A DNA stretch of 64,000 nucleotides from an uncultured Pseudomonadales bacterium (GTDB lineage Bacteria > Patescibacteriota > Microgenomatia > UBA1400 > PJMF01). Shown piece after piece: positions 34,872 through 45,046 of this stretch; within the stretch, counting starts at the first letter, position 1, and each line of letters opens with the position of its first letter. The notes below the pieces were generated by a model. It ran no database searches. It was not told where the DNA came from and saw only the letters and a program-made list of their open reading frames with translations. The stretch covers positions 66,770 through 130,769 of the forward strand of contig CAZEEV010000002.1 of the NCBI GenBank assembly GCA_964511345.1, in the 5' to 3' direction. The translations under genes and the position numbers were made by a program.

Positions 34872-35761
34872 TATGATTCTCCAAAGCCTGGTATATGTAA
34901 AATTTCTACTCCAATAAATTGCAAAATAGTTACGGAAAAAATCACAAACAACAAGCCAATAATAGCAGAAGTAATAATTTCTTTGGCTTCTTTGGTTTTA
35001 TTCGGATCACCTTGAGAAACAGAGAGCATAAACGAGCCGACTAGAATCATGATCAAAACAATACCGCCACCAGCTGCTAGACCAATGGTAATGATGGTTT
35101 TAATTACACTCTCTGGATTACTTGGAATACAACCAACTGCTGTCCAAATGCCACTGGTTCTGAAACATGCTTCACAGGCCTGATATTGATCGGTATTTTT
35201 ATCGATTTGAGAACACAATTCATAGCTGGCAAATGAATCTAAATTGGTCTTACATTGAGTATCGTCGCTACCGCATTGAGCCATAGCAGGTGAAGAAATA
35301 GGGTAGTTGATCACATTTTTCTTGGTGTCAGTGACACTACCAGCATTTTTAGGTAATTCAACCATGATTTGATAGGTACAATTTTGTTTGACAAATTCAT
35401 CTCCAACATAGACAAAAATACCGCCATTTTCTACTTCGATTGGAGCTGGATCATTTCCTCCTTGCCAAAGTACCTCACCTTGACACCCTGTTCCTTGTGG
35501 AAGAAAGGCTAAATTAATACTTTCTCCATCTGGGAACGGTGTGCCATTGTTATAAGCAATACCACTTAGTTTAATATAGACACCCGTACCAGCCTGAACG
35601 CAACTATTAAAAAAATTGCATTTTTTATCGCCTCTTTCTTGGTAAATGTTGACCGTTTCGATAATTGGTTCTGGAGTTGCAGCAAAAACATTTTTTGCAC
35701 TCAGCGAAAAAAAAGAACTAATCAGCAAAAACACTAGAGCTATTTTTTTCATTTTCGTCAC
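34871..35761 (-). CDS. VirB2-like pilin with an N-terminal extracellular domain
   Basis: Signal peptide, Cys-containing domain, GIWTAVGCIP, SQGDPNKTKEAKEIITSAIIGL. Confidence 0.78.
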   Translation of the reverse strand: MTKMKKIALVFLLISSFFSLSAKNVFAATPEPIIETVNIYQERGDKKCNFFNSCVQAGTGVYIKLSGIAYNNGTPFPDGESINLAFLPQGTGCQGEVLWQGGNDPAPIEVENGGIFVYVGDEFVKQNCTYQIMVELPKNAGSVTDTKKNVINYPISSPAMAQCGSDDTQCKTNLDSFASYELCSQIDKNTDQYQACEACFRTSGIWTAVGCIPSNPESVIKTIITIGLAAGGGIVLIMILVGSFMLSVSQGDPNKTKEAKEIITSAIIGLLFVIFSVTILQFIGVEILHIPGFGES

Positions 35762-35821
35762 CTCTATATTAAATCATTAAACGCCATTAAAACCAAGCTT
35801 TTATTATAGTAGAATAAAAGC

Positions 35822-37546
35822 ATGTTTCGCATGCCCGTCTTTCGCAAGCTATTCTTTTTGTTATTTTCATTGACCCTGATTGTCGCTGTTCTATTTTCGA
35901 ATTTATTTATCGATAACCAGAGAGTGGAGGCATTGTCAGATGTAGAAAAGTTGCAGCAAGACATAGACGAATTAGAGAATCTTAAAAAACTTTCCGAAAA
36001 TGCTACCACTCCTCTCGAAAAAGAAGTAGCAAACCTTGAGGCACGAATTAACTCTGCCAGAGCAGGCATTGCCAAGGCTAAAACTCAAGCTCAGGAATTA
36101 GCCAGAAACATCGAAAAAAGAGAAGGGGATTTAACTTATCACTATCAACTATTCGCTAATCGCGTTTCTGAATCTTATAAGAGAGAACGTACTTTTAACC
36201 CTTTAGCTCTCTTTCTTTCCAGTCAAAACGCTAGCAAATTAACCAAAGATTTAGCTTACAAGGAATCAGCTCGTGCTCAGGATGATCGTTTAATTAGATC
36301 ACTCTCTGGAGAGATTGCTCAACTAAATACTGATAAAAAACAATTAGAATCCGATCAAATTCGTTTAGCGGCGCTCTCAGAACAATTAGACAAACAAGCA
36401 GACTTTTTTAAGGGTGAAATCGCCAAAGCAAAGGCATATCAGAGTGAATTGAGTGGACAGATTGCAGCTTTATCAGCTAAGCAGCAATCCATTTTATCAG
36501 AAAAATCTGGCACTTTTCAAACAACTGTTGGTGATGTGCCGTTGGCTGATGATGCAGCCAGTCGCCCAGATTACAAGCCAGGCTTTTCACCAGCTTTTGC
36601 GGTTTTCAGTTTTGGCGCTCCACATTTTAAAGGTATGAGTCAGTACGGTGCTTTGGGTAGAGCTAAAAGTGGGCAGAATTACGAAAAAATTCTCAAAGCA
36701 TATTATGGTAGTGGTATAGAAATTAAAACAGTTGATGCTAATCAAAAAATTAAAGTCGATGGTTATGGCTCTTATTCTTTAGAAGATTATGTTAAAAGAA
36801 TCTATGAAGTGCCTAATAGTTGGGGAGACGATGGTGGAATGGAAGCCCTCAAGGCTCAGGCAGTGGCGGCTCGCAGTTATGTTCTAGCTAGAGGAGGATC
36901 AATTTGTGCTACCGAAGCTTGTCAAGTTTTCAAACCAAATGCAAAAGGAGGAAATTGGGAAAAAGCTGTTAATGAAACTAAAGGAAAAGTGGTTTACGCT
37001 AACGGTAAACCATTTTCAACTTGGTATGCTTCCACATCTGGTGGATATCAAGAATCTTACTCTTCAAATGGTTATTCAACCCCAGGATTTTGGGATACTG
37101 CTGATGGACGTAATGGTTGGACCTCCAAAGCTTATGAAAAAATTGCTGGATCGCCATGGTTCTACAAAGCTTGGTATAAAACTAGATCTGGAGATGCTTG
37201 TGGTAGAAATCATCCTTGGTTAAATAGTGAGGAAATGGCAGATATTTTGAATGCTTGGGTAGTAATGTACAAAGGTGGTGGGGATAGTAGTAGAGTCACT
37301 CCAGAATCATCTTGTTGGGGTGGCAATCCTTATAGTAAGAGTGATCTTAAAAATATTGGTGGTTACAGTAGTGTCAGCGGAGTAAGTGTTAAATATTCTA
37401 ATGACGGTGTTACTGCAGAAGTTACTTTTCAAACAAATAAAGGTAGTTTAACCATCAAAGGTAATGAATTCTATAAAACCTTCAACCTAAGGGCTCCTGG
37501 CAGAATCTCTGTTAAATCTGGACTATTTAATATTGAGAAAAAATAA
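35822..37546 (+). CDS. SpoIID/LytB-domain lytic transglycosylase with an N-terminal coiled coil
   Basis: TM anchor, long coiled coil, HFKGMSQYGA, YEV...EALKAQAVAARSY, ICATEACQVF, YASTSGG. Confidence 0.85.
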   Translation: MFRMPVFRKLFFLLFSLTLIVAVLFSNLFIDNQRVEALSDVEKLQQDIDELENLKKLSENATTPLEKEVANLEARINSARAGIAKAKTQAQELARNIEKREGDLTYHYQLFANRVSESYKRERTFNPLALFLSSQNASKLTKDLAYKESARAQDDRLIRSLSGEIAQLNTDKKQLESDQIRLAALSEQLDKQADFFKGEIAKAKAYQSELSGQIAALSAKQQSILSEKSGTFQTTVGDVPLADDAASRPDYKPGFSPAFAVFSFGAPHFKGMSQYGALGRAKSGQNYEKILKAYYGSGIEIKTVDANQKIKVDGYGSYSLEDYVKRIYEVPNSWGDDGGMEALKAQAVAARSYVLARGGSICATEACQVFKPNAKGGNWEKAVNETKGKVVYANGKPFSTWYASTSGGYQESYSSNGYSTPGFWDTADGRNGWTSKAYEKIAGSPWFYKAWYKTRSGDACGRNHPWLNSEEMADILNAWVVMYKGGGDSSRVTPESSCWGGNPYSKSDLKNIGGYSSVSGVSVKYSNDGVTAEVTFQTNKGSLTIKGNEFYKTFNLRAPGRISVKSGLFNIEKK

Positions 37547-37551
37547 AATCC

Positions 37552-37890
37552 CTAAAACTTAGTACTAATATATTGTACTTCTTTAGGTGCTCTAACTAGT
37601 CTGGACTTTTTAATAGGATCTCTGGTAATTTCTCTGTTAGACACAATCACTCTGGCGTCTTTTTCCCAAACACGACCATCTGCCAAGACTGTTCTTTTTT
37701 TCAAAACGACGGTAGCATGACCATAAGAATTATTAATGCTTTCCAAGATGACGGGAATGTTTTGACCATGATAATAAAGGTTAACTTCAGCGCCGATTAA
37801 ATACTCAGGAATTTCTCTGATGATTTCTGGTTCATTTTTGTATGAACTGATAAATGACTCTGGATTTTTAGGCATAATTTTCTTTATCAA
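37552..37890 (-). CDS. Hypothetical protein (start may be ATG 37875-37877 region, MPKNPES)
   Basis: ORF fills the gap between two genes; TGATATAAT upstream at 37905-37913. Confidence 0.55.
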   Translation of the reverse strand: MIKKIMPKNPESFISSYKNEPEIIREIPEYLIGAEVNLYYHGQNIPVILESINNSYGHATVVLKKRTVLADGRVWEKDARVIVSNREITRDPIKKSRLVRAPKEVQYISTKF

Positions 37891-37944
37891 GACTGTTGAG
37901 GGGCATTATATCAAAAGAGATCAATTAATGCATTAAGTGAGGAT

Positions 37945-39768
37945 TTAGACTCCTTGCAAAAACTTCGCTGCCCAAGGTCGGTAACTACTATAATAGTAGT
38001 CTTCGCGAATGGTTTGACCATCTTTATCACGAATGACATTGGTAAATTCAGCCTTAATACCACTTGCAGACCAATCAATTTGTTTGAGTTGACCTGGTTT
38101 TAAACTAGGATCAGGAATGTAGACGGTGGGGAGAGCAGGACTTTGTCCCCATTTTTTGTACTTAATAATTTCTGTGCTTCGACCATCACTGGTGCCATAG
38201 AGTTTGCAAAACATATAAAGATTCTCGCTGTCAGCTTGGCAACTAATTAAAATATGTCCGGGCGTGTCATTTATAAAACGCAAATCAACGTTCCCAGCAT
38301 AGACAGTGGCGTCGAATCCTGGTTCATTCCCGATTTCATAATAAGAAACGCGATAAGCGTGGGGGAGACGACGAGTAATTTTAACGCCAGCATTGAGCAA
38401 GGAGCGGAAAAGTGTGCTACTGACCTGACAAACTCCACCTCCTGGAGAAAGTTTGGTTTGTCCAGCTTCAATGACGTAGGCATTCTTATAGCCAGTTTTG
38501 TCAGAAACTTCACCTAAAACTTTATTAAAAGAAAATTCTTGTCCTGGTTTGACAATATGATTATTGATGCGGCTAGTGGTGAGAGCAACATTGTCAACGC
38601 GATTAGGAATCGAGTGAGCATACCAACTTTCGCCAAAACCAATCACTTCTTTGATACCTAAATCATTGGTTTTTCCCAAAGTGATATTTGCGGGAGCACT
38701 ACTCATGGGTAAATTAAAGGTATTTCCTGCGTCTAATTCTTGATTGTCTGAACTGAGAATATTGTTGAGAAAATCTTCAATGATTTTTTTACTTGCCTCG
38801 GTGTCAATTTCTAAACCATTTTGATCTGGAACAAATTCTATAACTTGCAGGGTTTCTGAATCATAACTAAAACGCGCATCGCTGCTAGGACGGTTGATTT
38901 TAGTTTTGAGATCGTCTAGATAGAGCTGAATTGCTTCCTGATTAATGCTTTCAGGCAAAGTCAGAAAATTGAGTAATTGTTTGTCATCAAGCCAATTTTT
39001 TTGATATTCATAAGTCAAAATCAGGCTTTGACCGATAAACTTTGCAGCTTGTTTTTGTGCCACTTCAATTTCTTCTTGAGTCAAAGCCAGAATGTGATGT
39101 GCCACAACTGCTTGTACTTGAAAATCTTTTTCTTCCAACTCACTGACTTTTTTAGTCAAAAGCTGTTCTTGCAAGACTTGCCAAGTTTCATCAATTAATA
39201 ATTCATTACTCTCCAATCCAGGATTGATGGTGACTGTTTTATTGATGAGAGTTGTGCTGGGTTTTTCTCCAGCAAAGTCAACTTGCGTCTTAAGTCCTTC
39301 AATTAAGCCTTGTATTTTTTCCTGATCATAGCTGAGTACTGAGTAATATTTATTGACGTGTAGGTGTCCTTTGATAATAAATTTAATTTTTTTCCAAAAT
39401 TTTTCTTGATGACCAGTAGCAAAAGCATTGACTAAATTATCATCAAGTTTGTTTTCAATTTCTAAGTCAGAGAGCTTTGCTTCCATCTTTTTTTCTTGAA
39501 AAGCAATTTGCAAAGTGCTTTGGGCGAAATCAATTTGTTTTTCTTGCAACTTTTCTTGAATTTTACTTTTTGCTTCATCTATGGTCATGCCAGAAATGTT
39601 GATGTCATCAAGGTAAGTTTTGGGATAAAAACGACTTTGGTAATAATTCAAGTAAATTGCGATTAGCCATATGCTGATCAAAATCAAAACCACTCCGACA
39701 CTTAATAAGGCAATATTTTGTTTTCTTTGTGCAAAGTTGAGCTTGATTGATGAATAAATTTTATCCAT
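37945..39768 (-). CDS. VanW-family protein with peptidoglycan-binding domains
   Basis: NRVDNV, PGQEFSFN, GGGVCQVSSTLFR, GFDATVY, DLRFIND. Confidence 0.88.
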   Translation of the reverse strand: MDKIYSSIKLNFAQRKQNIALLSVGVVLILISIWLIAIYLNYYQSRFYPKTYLDDINISGMTIDEAKSKIQEKLQEKQIDFAQSTLQIAFQEKKMEAKLSDLEIENKLDDNLVNAFATGHQEKFWKKIKFIIKGHLHVNKYYSVLSYDQEKIQGLIEGLKTQVDFAGEKPSTTLINKTVTINPGLESNELLIDETWQVLQEQLLTKKVSELEEKDFQVQAVVAHHILALTQEEIEVAQKQAAKFIGQSLILTYEYQKNWLDDKQLLNFLTLPESINQEAIQLYLDDLKTKINRPSSDARFSYDSETLQVIEFVPDQNGLEIDTEASKKIIEDFLNNILSSDNQELDAGNTFNLPMSSAPANITLGKTNDLGIKEVIGFGESWYAHSIPNRVDNVALTTSRINNHIVKPGQEFSFNKVLGEVSDKTGYKNAYVIEAGQTKLSPGGGVCQVSSTLFRSLLNAGVKITRRLPHAYRVSYYEIGNEPGFDATVYAGNVDLRFINDTPGHILISCQADSENLYMFCKLYGTSDGRSTEIIKYKKWGQSPALPTVYIPDPSLKPGQLKQIDWSASGIKAEFTNVIRDKDGQTIREDYYYSSYRPWAAKFLQGV

Positions 39769-39807
39769 AATAACGGTAAACTACATTGTACTTTGTAGTT
39801 TGTTATT

Positions 39808-41802
39808 ATGCCAAGTCAGAACTTGCCAAAACCTAATTTACCAGGTCAAATAACTCCGTCGGGAGCTAATCCAGCTGATGCATCTGCTCAAACTAACCAA
39901 GCTCCAACAGCTCCACTAGCCTCACCGGCTCCATCAGACGCACAAACTATTTTCAGTCAAAAACCACCTCAGGCGCAGACTATCCCCGGTGGTTTATCTA
40001 GAGAAAATCCCGGTGGTACGCCACCGAACATGAAGGTGAGCGTCCCTGCTCCAACGGTGTCGCAAGATCAATTGTCAGTTTCTCCAGCATCAGCTCCGGT
40101 CGCTGAGGCTTCTAAAATTGCTAATCGTCCAGCTAGTCCGCTTGATCAAATATCTTTGAATCATCCAACCTTATCAACGCCAACCGCTGCTGAAAAACCA
40201 ATTTTAGCAACATCTTCAGCTCCTGAGCTTATTACTCCACAACTTACCATGTCGACACCTTCCGTTGCTTCTACACCTTCTCTTGCTCCAACACCTATTG
40301 CTACATCTATGCCAAGTAACCCAATTTCTGCAGAAGCAGCTAAAGAGGAGGTAATAGCTGAAAATCCAGTGAATGCAGATTCCTCAGTAAAAACACCAAC
40401 CGGTTTTTTATCTAAATTAAAAATAAAAAAAATTCCTTTGCCATTCTTAATTGGTGGAGGAGTATTGGTTTTGATTTTAATTGCTGTTTTGTTATTCAGC
40501 TTGTTTAAACCAAAAGCTAAACCAAGCACTAAAACTCCAAGCTCTTCGACTAATACCGGAAGTGGCAGTAACACTGGTAGTACGGCTACTAATAGTGCAA
40601 GCACAGGACAAATTTCTACGGTTACTTATTGGGGTCTATGGGAAGACAGTCAGGTTTTAAAAGAAGTAATTGCTGATTTTGAAAGTAAAAATCCGACTAT
40701 TAAAATTGATTATCGCAAACAATCTCATCGAGATTATCGAGAGAGACTGCAGCAAGCAATTCTTTCTGGCAATGGTCCAGATATTTTTCGTTATCACGTC
40801 GCTTGGGTACCAATGTTAAGTGCTGACTTATCGCCTATGCCGGCCAGCGTGATGAGCACTGCTCAGTATAAGGAAATTTTTTATCCTACTGCTTACAACA
40901 ATTTGCAAGTAGGTGGGCAAATTGTAGGTATTCCCTTGATGTATGATGGTTTAGCTTTGTTCTATAACAAAGAAATGCTTAAAACCGCTAATATCGATGT
41001 GCCTAAAACTTGGGCCGAGTTACGCGCCGCCGCCAATAAATTAACTGTGCCAGCCAATACGAGTGAAAGATCAAATATTACCAGAGCAGGATTGGCTATT
41101 GGTAATGCTGGTAACGTTGATCATTTTTCTGATATTTTAGCGTTATTGATTATTCAAAATGGTGGCAATCCTGCTGAAGCAAACAGTCAGTATGTCAAAG
41201 ATGCGATTACTTTTTATACTAACTTTATTAAGCAAGATAAGGTTTGGTCAGATCGCTTAGCTAATTCCACCACCGCTTTTGCTAGAGGAGACGTGGCGAT
41301 GATTTTTGCGCCATCTTGGCGAGTGCACGAGATTAAGACAATTAATCCAAATTTGGATTTTGCCATCACCGGTGTTCCGCAGTTAGACACTGAGAATCCT
41401 GTAACCTGGGCAAGCTTTTGGGCAGAGGGCGTGAGCGCTAAGAGTAAAAACAAAGAAGCGGCTTGGACTTTCTTAAAGTATTTATCTACTCCAGAAGTCT
41501 TGCGTAAATTTTACAATAATGCCAGTCAATATCGTGCTTTCGGTGAAATTTATCCTCGTGTGGATATGGCCAGTGAATTGCAAACTAGCGAATTAGCTGG
41601 AGCCTATGTTGCCGACGCACCTTTAGCTAAATCTTGGTATATGTCTAGCTTCACTCATGATAATGGCATCAATGATCAAATCATTAAATATTATGAAGAC
41701 GCGATCAACACTGTTTTGTCTGGGTCAGATATGGAAAAGGCTTTAGAAACTGCTAAAGCTGGGATCAATACAGTGCTAAGCAAATATTCTTCAGCTAAGT
41801 AA
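39808..41802 (+). CDS. Extracellular solute-binding protein (sugar-type) with a Pro/Ser/Ala-rich N-terminal extension
   Basis: YWGLWED, GPDIF, GIPLMYDGLALFYNK, AWTFLKYL; TM near residue 212-233. Confidence 0.85.
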   Translation: MPSQNLPKPNLPGQITPSGANPADASAQTNQAPTAPLASPAPSDAQTIFSQKPPQAQTIPGGLSRENPGGTPPNMKVSVPAPTVSQDQLSVSPASAPVAEASKIANRPASPLDQISLNHPTLSTPTAAEKPILATSSAPELITPQLTMSTPSVASTPSLAPTPIATSMPSNPISAEAAKEEVIAENPVNADSSVKTPTGFLSKLKIKKIPLPFLIGGGVLVLILIAVLLFSLFKPKAKPSTKTPSSSTNTGSGSNTGSTATNSASTGQISTVTYWGLWEDSQVLKEVIADFESKNPTIKIDYRKQSHRDYRERLQQAILSGNGPDIFRYHVAWVPMLSADLSPMPASVMSTAQYKEIFYPTAYNNLQVGGQIVGIPLMYDGLALFYNKEMLKTANIDVPKTWAELRAAANKLTVPANTSERSNITRAGLAIGNAGNVDHFSDILALLIIQNGGNPAEANSQYVKDAITFYTNFIKQDKVWSDRLANSTTAFARGDVAMIFAPSWRVHEIKTINPNLDFAITGVPQLDTENPVTWASFWAEGVSAKSKNKEAAWTFLKYLSTPEVLRKFYNNASQYRAFGEIYPRVDMASELQTSELAGAYVADAPLAKSWYMSSFTHDNGINDQIIKYYEDAINTVLSGSDMEKALETAKAGINTVLSKYSSAK

Positions 41803-42780
41803 TTTGAGCAAACTTGCTGCCAATTTTTGTTTGTGATGACGAATTAAACTTCTCTGTAGAGCATCATTCTTTTCTGTTTTGACAATGGTAGCAGAGATTA
41901 AATTTTCCCTCACAACGCTCATAATTGAGTCGTTTTCTAAATCATCAATGATAGGAAAGTCATTAGCTTTTCGATAAAGTGCTTCAATTTCTTCAGGAAT
42001 AGGACTGTTATTGATTAAAACAAAGTCTGGTTTTCTTTGACAATATTTTTGTACTTCCAATAAATGATCCTTAGCCGTCATTTGATAAGTTTGTGAAAAA
42101 TGAGTAACTAAATTGCTAACATAAACAAATTTACCACCATTTCTTTGGTTTTCTGCTAAAGCTTGCACAAAACCATTTACCAAGGCGTGAGGTAATAGGC
42201 TACCATATAAATCTCCTGGGCCAAAAACCACCAAATCAGCATCAGCAATGGCACGGTAAGCTTTATCGTAAATATGAGCTTCTTTATCGAGAGTAATTTG
42301 CTCGATTTTTTTGCCGCCAAACTGTGGATCATCGAGGTTTTTTTCACCAACAACAACTTGACCATCAGTATAGTGCACTACCAAATGTACGCTATCTTCA
42401 CTAATAGGTAAGACAGCGCCGTTAATACGAAAAATCTTAGAGGCTACTTCAACAGCTTTACTAGCAGAACCAGTCAAACTTTCGAGAGAAGTCAGAATTA
42501 AATTGCCTAAATTATGACCTTGTAAACTTGAGTTTTGGTCAAAACGATAAAGCAATAACTGACGAATTTCTTTTTCATTTTCTCCAGTGGCCAAAGCAGC
42601 GATGCACTGGCGCAAATCGCCAACTGGTAAAAAACCAAATTCATCTCGCAGTCTCCCCGTTGAGCCACCATTGTCTGAAACAACAATCACTGCACTTAAA
42701 TCAACATCTGGATAATCTTTAAGTCCGGCTAGTACGACTGCACTGCCTGTACCTCCACCAATAGCAACGATTTTTTTCAT
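41791..42780 (-). CDS. yvcK: YvcK/GlmR (UPF0052) family protein
   Basis: IGGGTG, DNGGSTGRLR, GDLRQC, GHNLGNL, GPGDLYGS. Confidence 0.9.
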   Translation of the reverse strand: MKKIVAIGGGTGSAVVLAGLKDYPDVDLSAVIVVSDNGGSTGRLRDEFGFLPVGDLRQCIAALATGENEKEIRQLLLYRFDQNSSLQGHNLGNLILTSLESLTGSASKAVEVASKIFRINGAVLPISEDSVHLVVHYTDGQVVVGEKNLDDPQFGGKKIEQITLDKEAHIYDKAYRAIADADLVVFGPGDLYGSLLPHALVNGFVQALAENQRNGGKFVYVSNLVTHFSQTYQMTAKDHLLEVQKYCQRKPDFVLINNSPIPEEIEALYRKANDFPIIDDLENDSIMSVVRENLISATIVKTEKNDALQRSLIRHHKQKLAASLLKLLS

Positions 42781-42843
42781 AAGCCTGATTGTACTTCAAA
42801 GTAGCAACATGTTAAACTTGGACTTAATTTACACAAGATATTC

Positions 42844-43314
42844 ATGTCAAATTTAGATTATTTTTTAAGTGAAAGACGCAGATTAAATAAAACTTTAACT
42901 CTGGTGACAGGAGTTTTTGATTTACTCCATGAAGAACATTTACATTTTTTGCAAAAAGCCAAAAAAACTGCAGATTTATTTATAGTGGGCGTGGAATCTG
43001 ACCTGAGAGTTAAGCAGATGAAAGGGCAGAATCGACCATTTAATGATCAAATGAGTCGTTTGGCAAATTTGCAAAAATTGGGTTTAGCTGATTTTATCTT
43101 CATTTTGCCAGAGCAATTTTCTAAACCAGACGATCATCGCGCTTTAATTGCGCAAATCAGGCCAGACTTTATGGCTGTTTCTTCTAACACTCTTTTTCAG
43201 GCAGAAAAAGCAAAAATTTTAGCAGAATTTAATGCTAAACTAGTCATAGTCCATGATTACAATCCAGAATTTTCCTCAAGCAAAATTATTAATCAGGTAA
43301 TCAAGGAAGGTTAA
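42844..43314 (+). CDS. Cytidylyl/adenylyltransferase family protein (RfaE/TagD-like)
   Basis: TGVFDLLHEEH, VGVESD, KGQNRP, SSSKII. Confidence 0.8.
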   Translation: MSNLDYFLSERRRLNKTLTLVTGVFDLLHEEHLHFLQKAKKTADLFIVGVESDLRVKQMKGQNRPFNDQMSRLANLQKLGLADFIFILPEQFSKPDDHRALIAQIRPDFMAVSSNTLFQAEKAKILAEFNAKLVIVHDYNPEFSSSKIINQVIKEG

Positions 43315-43316
43315 AA

Positions 43317-43619
43317 ATGAAAAAAATAATCATTGTTTTTTTAATGGCAGCAGCTTTAATTGGTGTAGGTGCACTTGCACTTTCTAGATTAAAAAATACA
43401 ACTCCTCCTCCAGCTACTAATCAAAAAGTAGGCACTACCACTAAAACTGGCGTGATTTCTACTTCCAATGGTGTTTTTTACTTGCAAGAAGCAGGTCAAA
43501 CTCCTAAAGAAATTGATAGTTACACAGTTGAACTTGGTGACTATGTTGGTCAAACTGTCACTGTTAGTGGTCAATATAGTGGCGACACGCTTTTTGTGGG
43601 GAGTGTGGAAACTAAATAA
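43317..43619 (+). CDS. Small membrane-anchored hypothetical protein (OB-fold-like)
   Basis: N-terminal TM; LGDYVGQTVTVSG beta-rich domain. Confidence 0.65.
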   Translation: MKKIIIVFLMAAALIGVGALALSRLKNTTPPPATNQKVGTTTKTGVISTSNGVFYLQEAGQTPKEIDSYTVELGDYVGQTVTVSGQYSGDTLFVGSVETK

Positions 43620-43621
43620 TT

Positions 43622-45046
43622 ATGTCTAAAGCCAAATCTCATTTTCGCTGCCAAAATTGCGCAGCTAGCTTTCCAAAATGGATGGGGCAATGTGGGGAAT
43701 GTGGAAGTTGGAACACTTTGGTCGAAGAAGTTCTACCAATTGAAACTGTCGATCGTCGCTCGCAAACGAAAAATTCTTTGAATGAGGCTGAAATTGCGCA
43801 AAAAAGCATAGTCTTTTCTCGAGTGGAGCGCTCAGAAGCCACAAAACAGCGTTTTTCGACCAGCATTGGAGAATTAGATCGGGTTTTGGGCGGTGGTTTA
43901 GTCGCGGGAATGGTAGTTCTGTTGGGTGGCGAACCGGGAATCGGTAAATCGACCTTGTTGACCCAAATGATATTGCAAATTTTGCGTCTGCGAAAAGATG
44001 CGCCAAAAAAACTGAAGCCACTTAAAATTTTTTATGTAGCTGGTGAAGAAAGCCCATCACAAATTTCACTTAGAATCGATCGATTTTTGTATAATGAACA
44101 ACATGGCTACTCCAAAGATGACATTGGAGAGAGTTTAGTTTTTATTACCACTACAGATGTGGATGAACTTACTTTTTTAATCAAAAAAGAAAAACCCGAT
44201 CTTTTAATTGTCGATAGTATCCAGTCCTTGTCAACAAGTTTTCTTACGGGGGCGAGTGGCAGTGTGGGGCAAATCAGAGAAGTGGCTGATCGGATCATTA
44301 ATACCGTCAAAGCTTTCGGGATTCCGACTTTTTTAATTGGTCACATTACCAAAGACGGGGTAATTGCTGGACCTAAGATTTTTGAACACATGGTTGATAC
44401 AGTTTTGTTATTAGAGGGCGAAAGATCCGACCAATTACGAATGCTAAGATCACTCAAAAATCGTTTTGGAGCGACCGATGAGGTGGGTCTTTTTCAAAGT
44501 GAAGACTATGGCCTTCGAGAAATTAGTAATCCAAGTGAGTTGTTTCTAGAAAACACTAACCAGTTAGTAGTTGGAGCAGCCACGGTTTGTTTGATGGAAG
44601 GAACACGCCCCTTACTCGCTGAAGTCCAAGCACTGGTGGTGAAATCCCAATTAGCCATGCCACGTAGGGTGGGGCGAGGAGTAGACTTGGCGCGGATTCA
44701 GGTTTTATCGGCAGTCTTACAGAAGCATGCTAATTTGCCCTTGGCTTTTTATGACATTTTTTTAAGTGTTGCTGGTGGTTTCCGCATCAAAGAAGCCAGT
44801 GTCGATTTGGGTTTAGCAGTTTCCATCGCATCTTCGCTTTCGGGTAAAAAAATACCTCAAGATACTGTTTTTATCGGAGAGATAGGACTGCTTGGAGAGA
44901 TCAGAAAAACTCCATATTTCGAGCGTCGCGCAAAAGAAGCCCGAAGGTTAGGTTTTAAAAAAATCATTTCGCGAGAAACGCATGGGAATATTAGAGATTT
45001 GCTGAAGGATTTAGAACTTTTGCAAAAAGGAACTAAAAATGAATAA
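43622..45046 (+). CDS. radA: DNA repair protein RadA/Sms
   Basis: C4 zinc finger CQNC..CGEC, GEPGIGKS, VDSIQ, KNRFG, Lon-like C-terminal domain. Confidence 0.95.
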   Translation: MSKAKSHFRCQNCAASFPKWMGQCGECGSWNTLVEEVLPIETVDRRSQTKNSLNEAEIAQKSIVFSRVERSEATKQRFSTSIGELDRVLGGGLVAGMVVLLGGEPGIGKSTLLTQMILQILRLRKDAPKKLKPLKIFYVAGEESPSQISLRIDRFLYNEQHGYSKDDIGESLVFITTTDVDELTFLIKKEKPDLLIVDSIQSLSTSFLTGASGSVGQIREVADRIINTVKAFGIPTFLIGHITKDGVIAGPKIFEHMVDTVLLLEGERSDQLRMLRSLKNRFGATDEVGLFQSEDYGLREISNPSELFLENTNQLVVGAATVCLMEGTRPLLAEVQALVVKSQLAMPRRVGRGVDLARIQVLSAVLQKHANLPLAFYDIFLSVAGGFRIKEASVDLGLAVSIASSLSGKKIPQDTVFIGEIGLLGEIRKTPYFERRAKEARRLGFKKIISRETHGNIRDLLKDLELLQKGTKNE

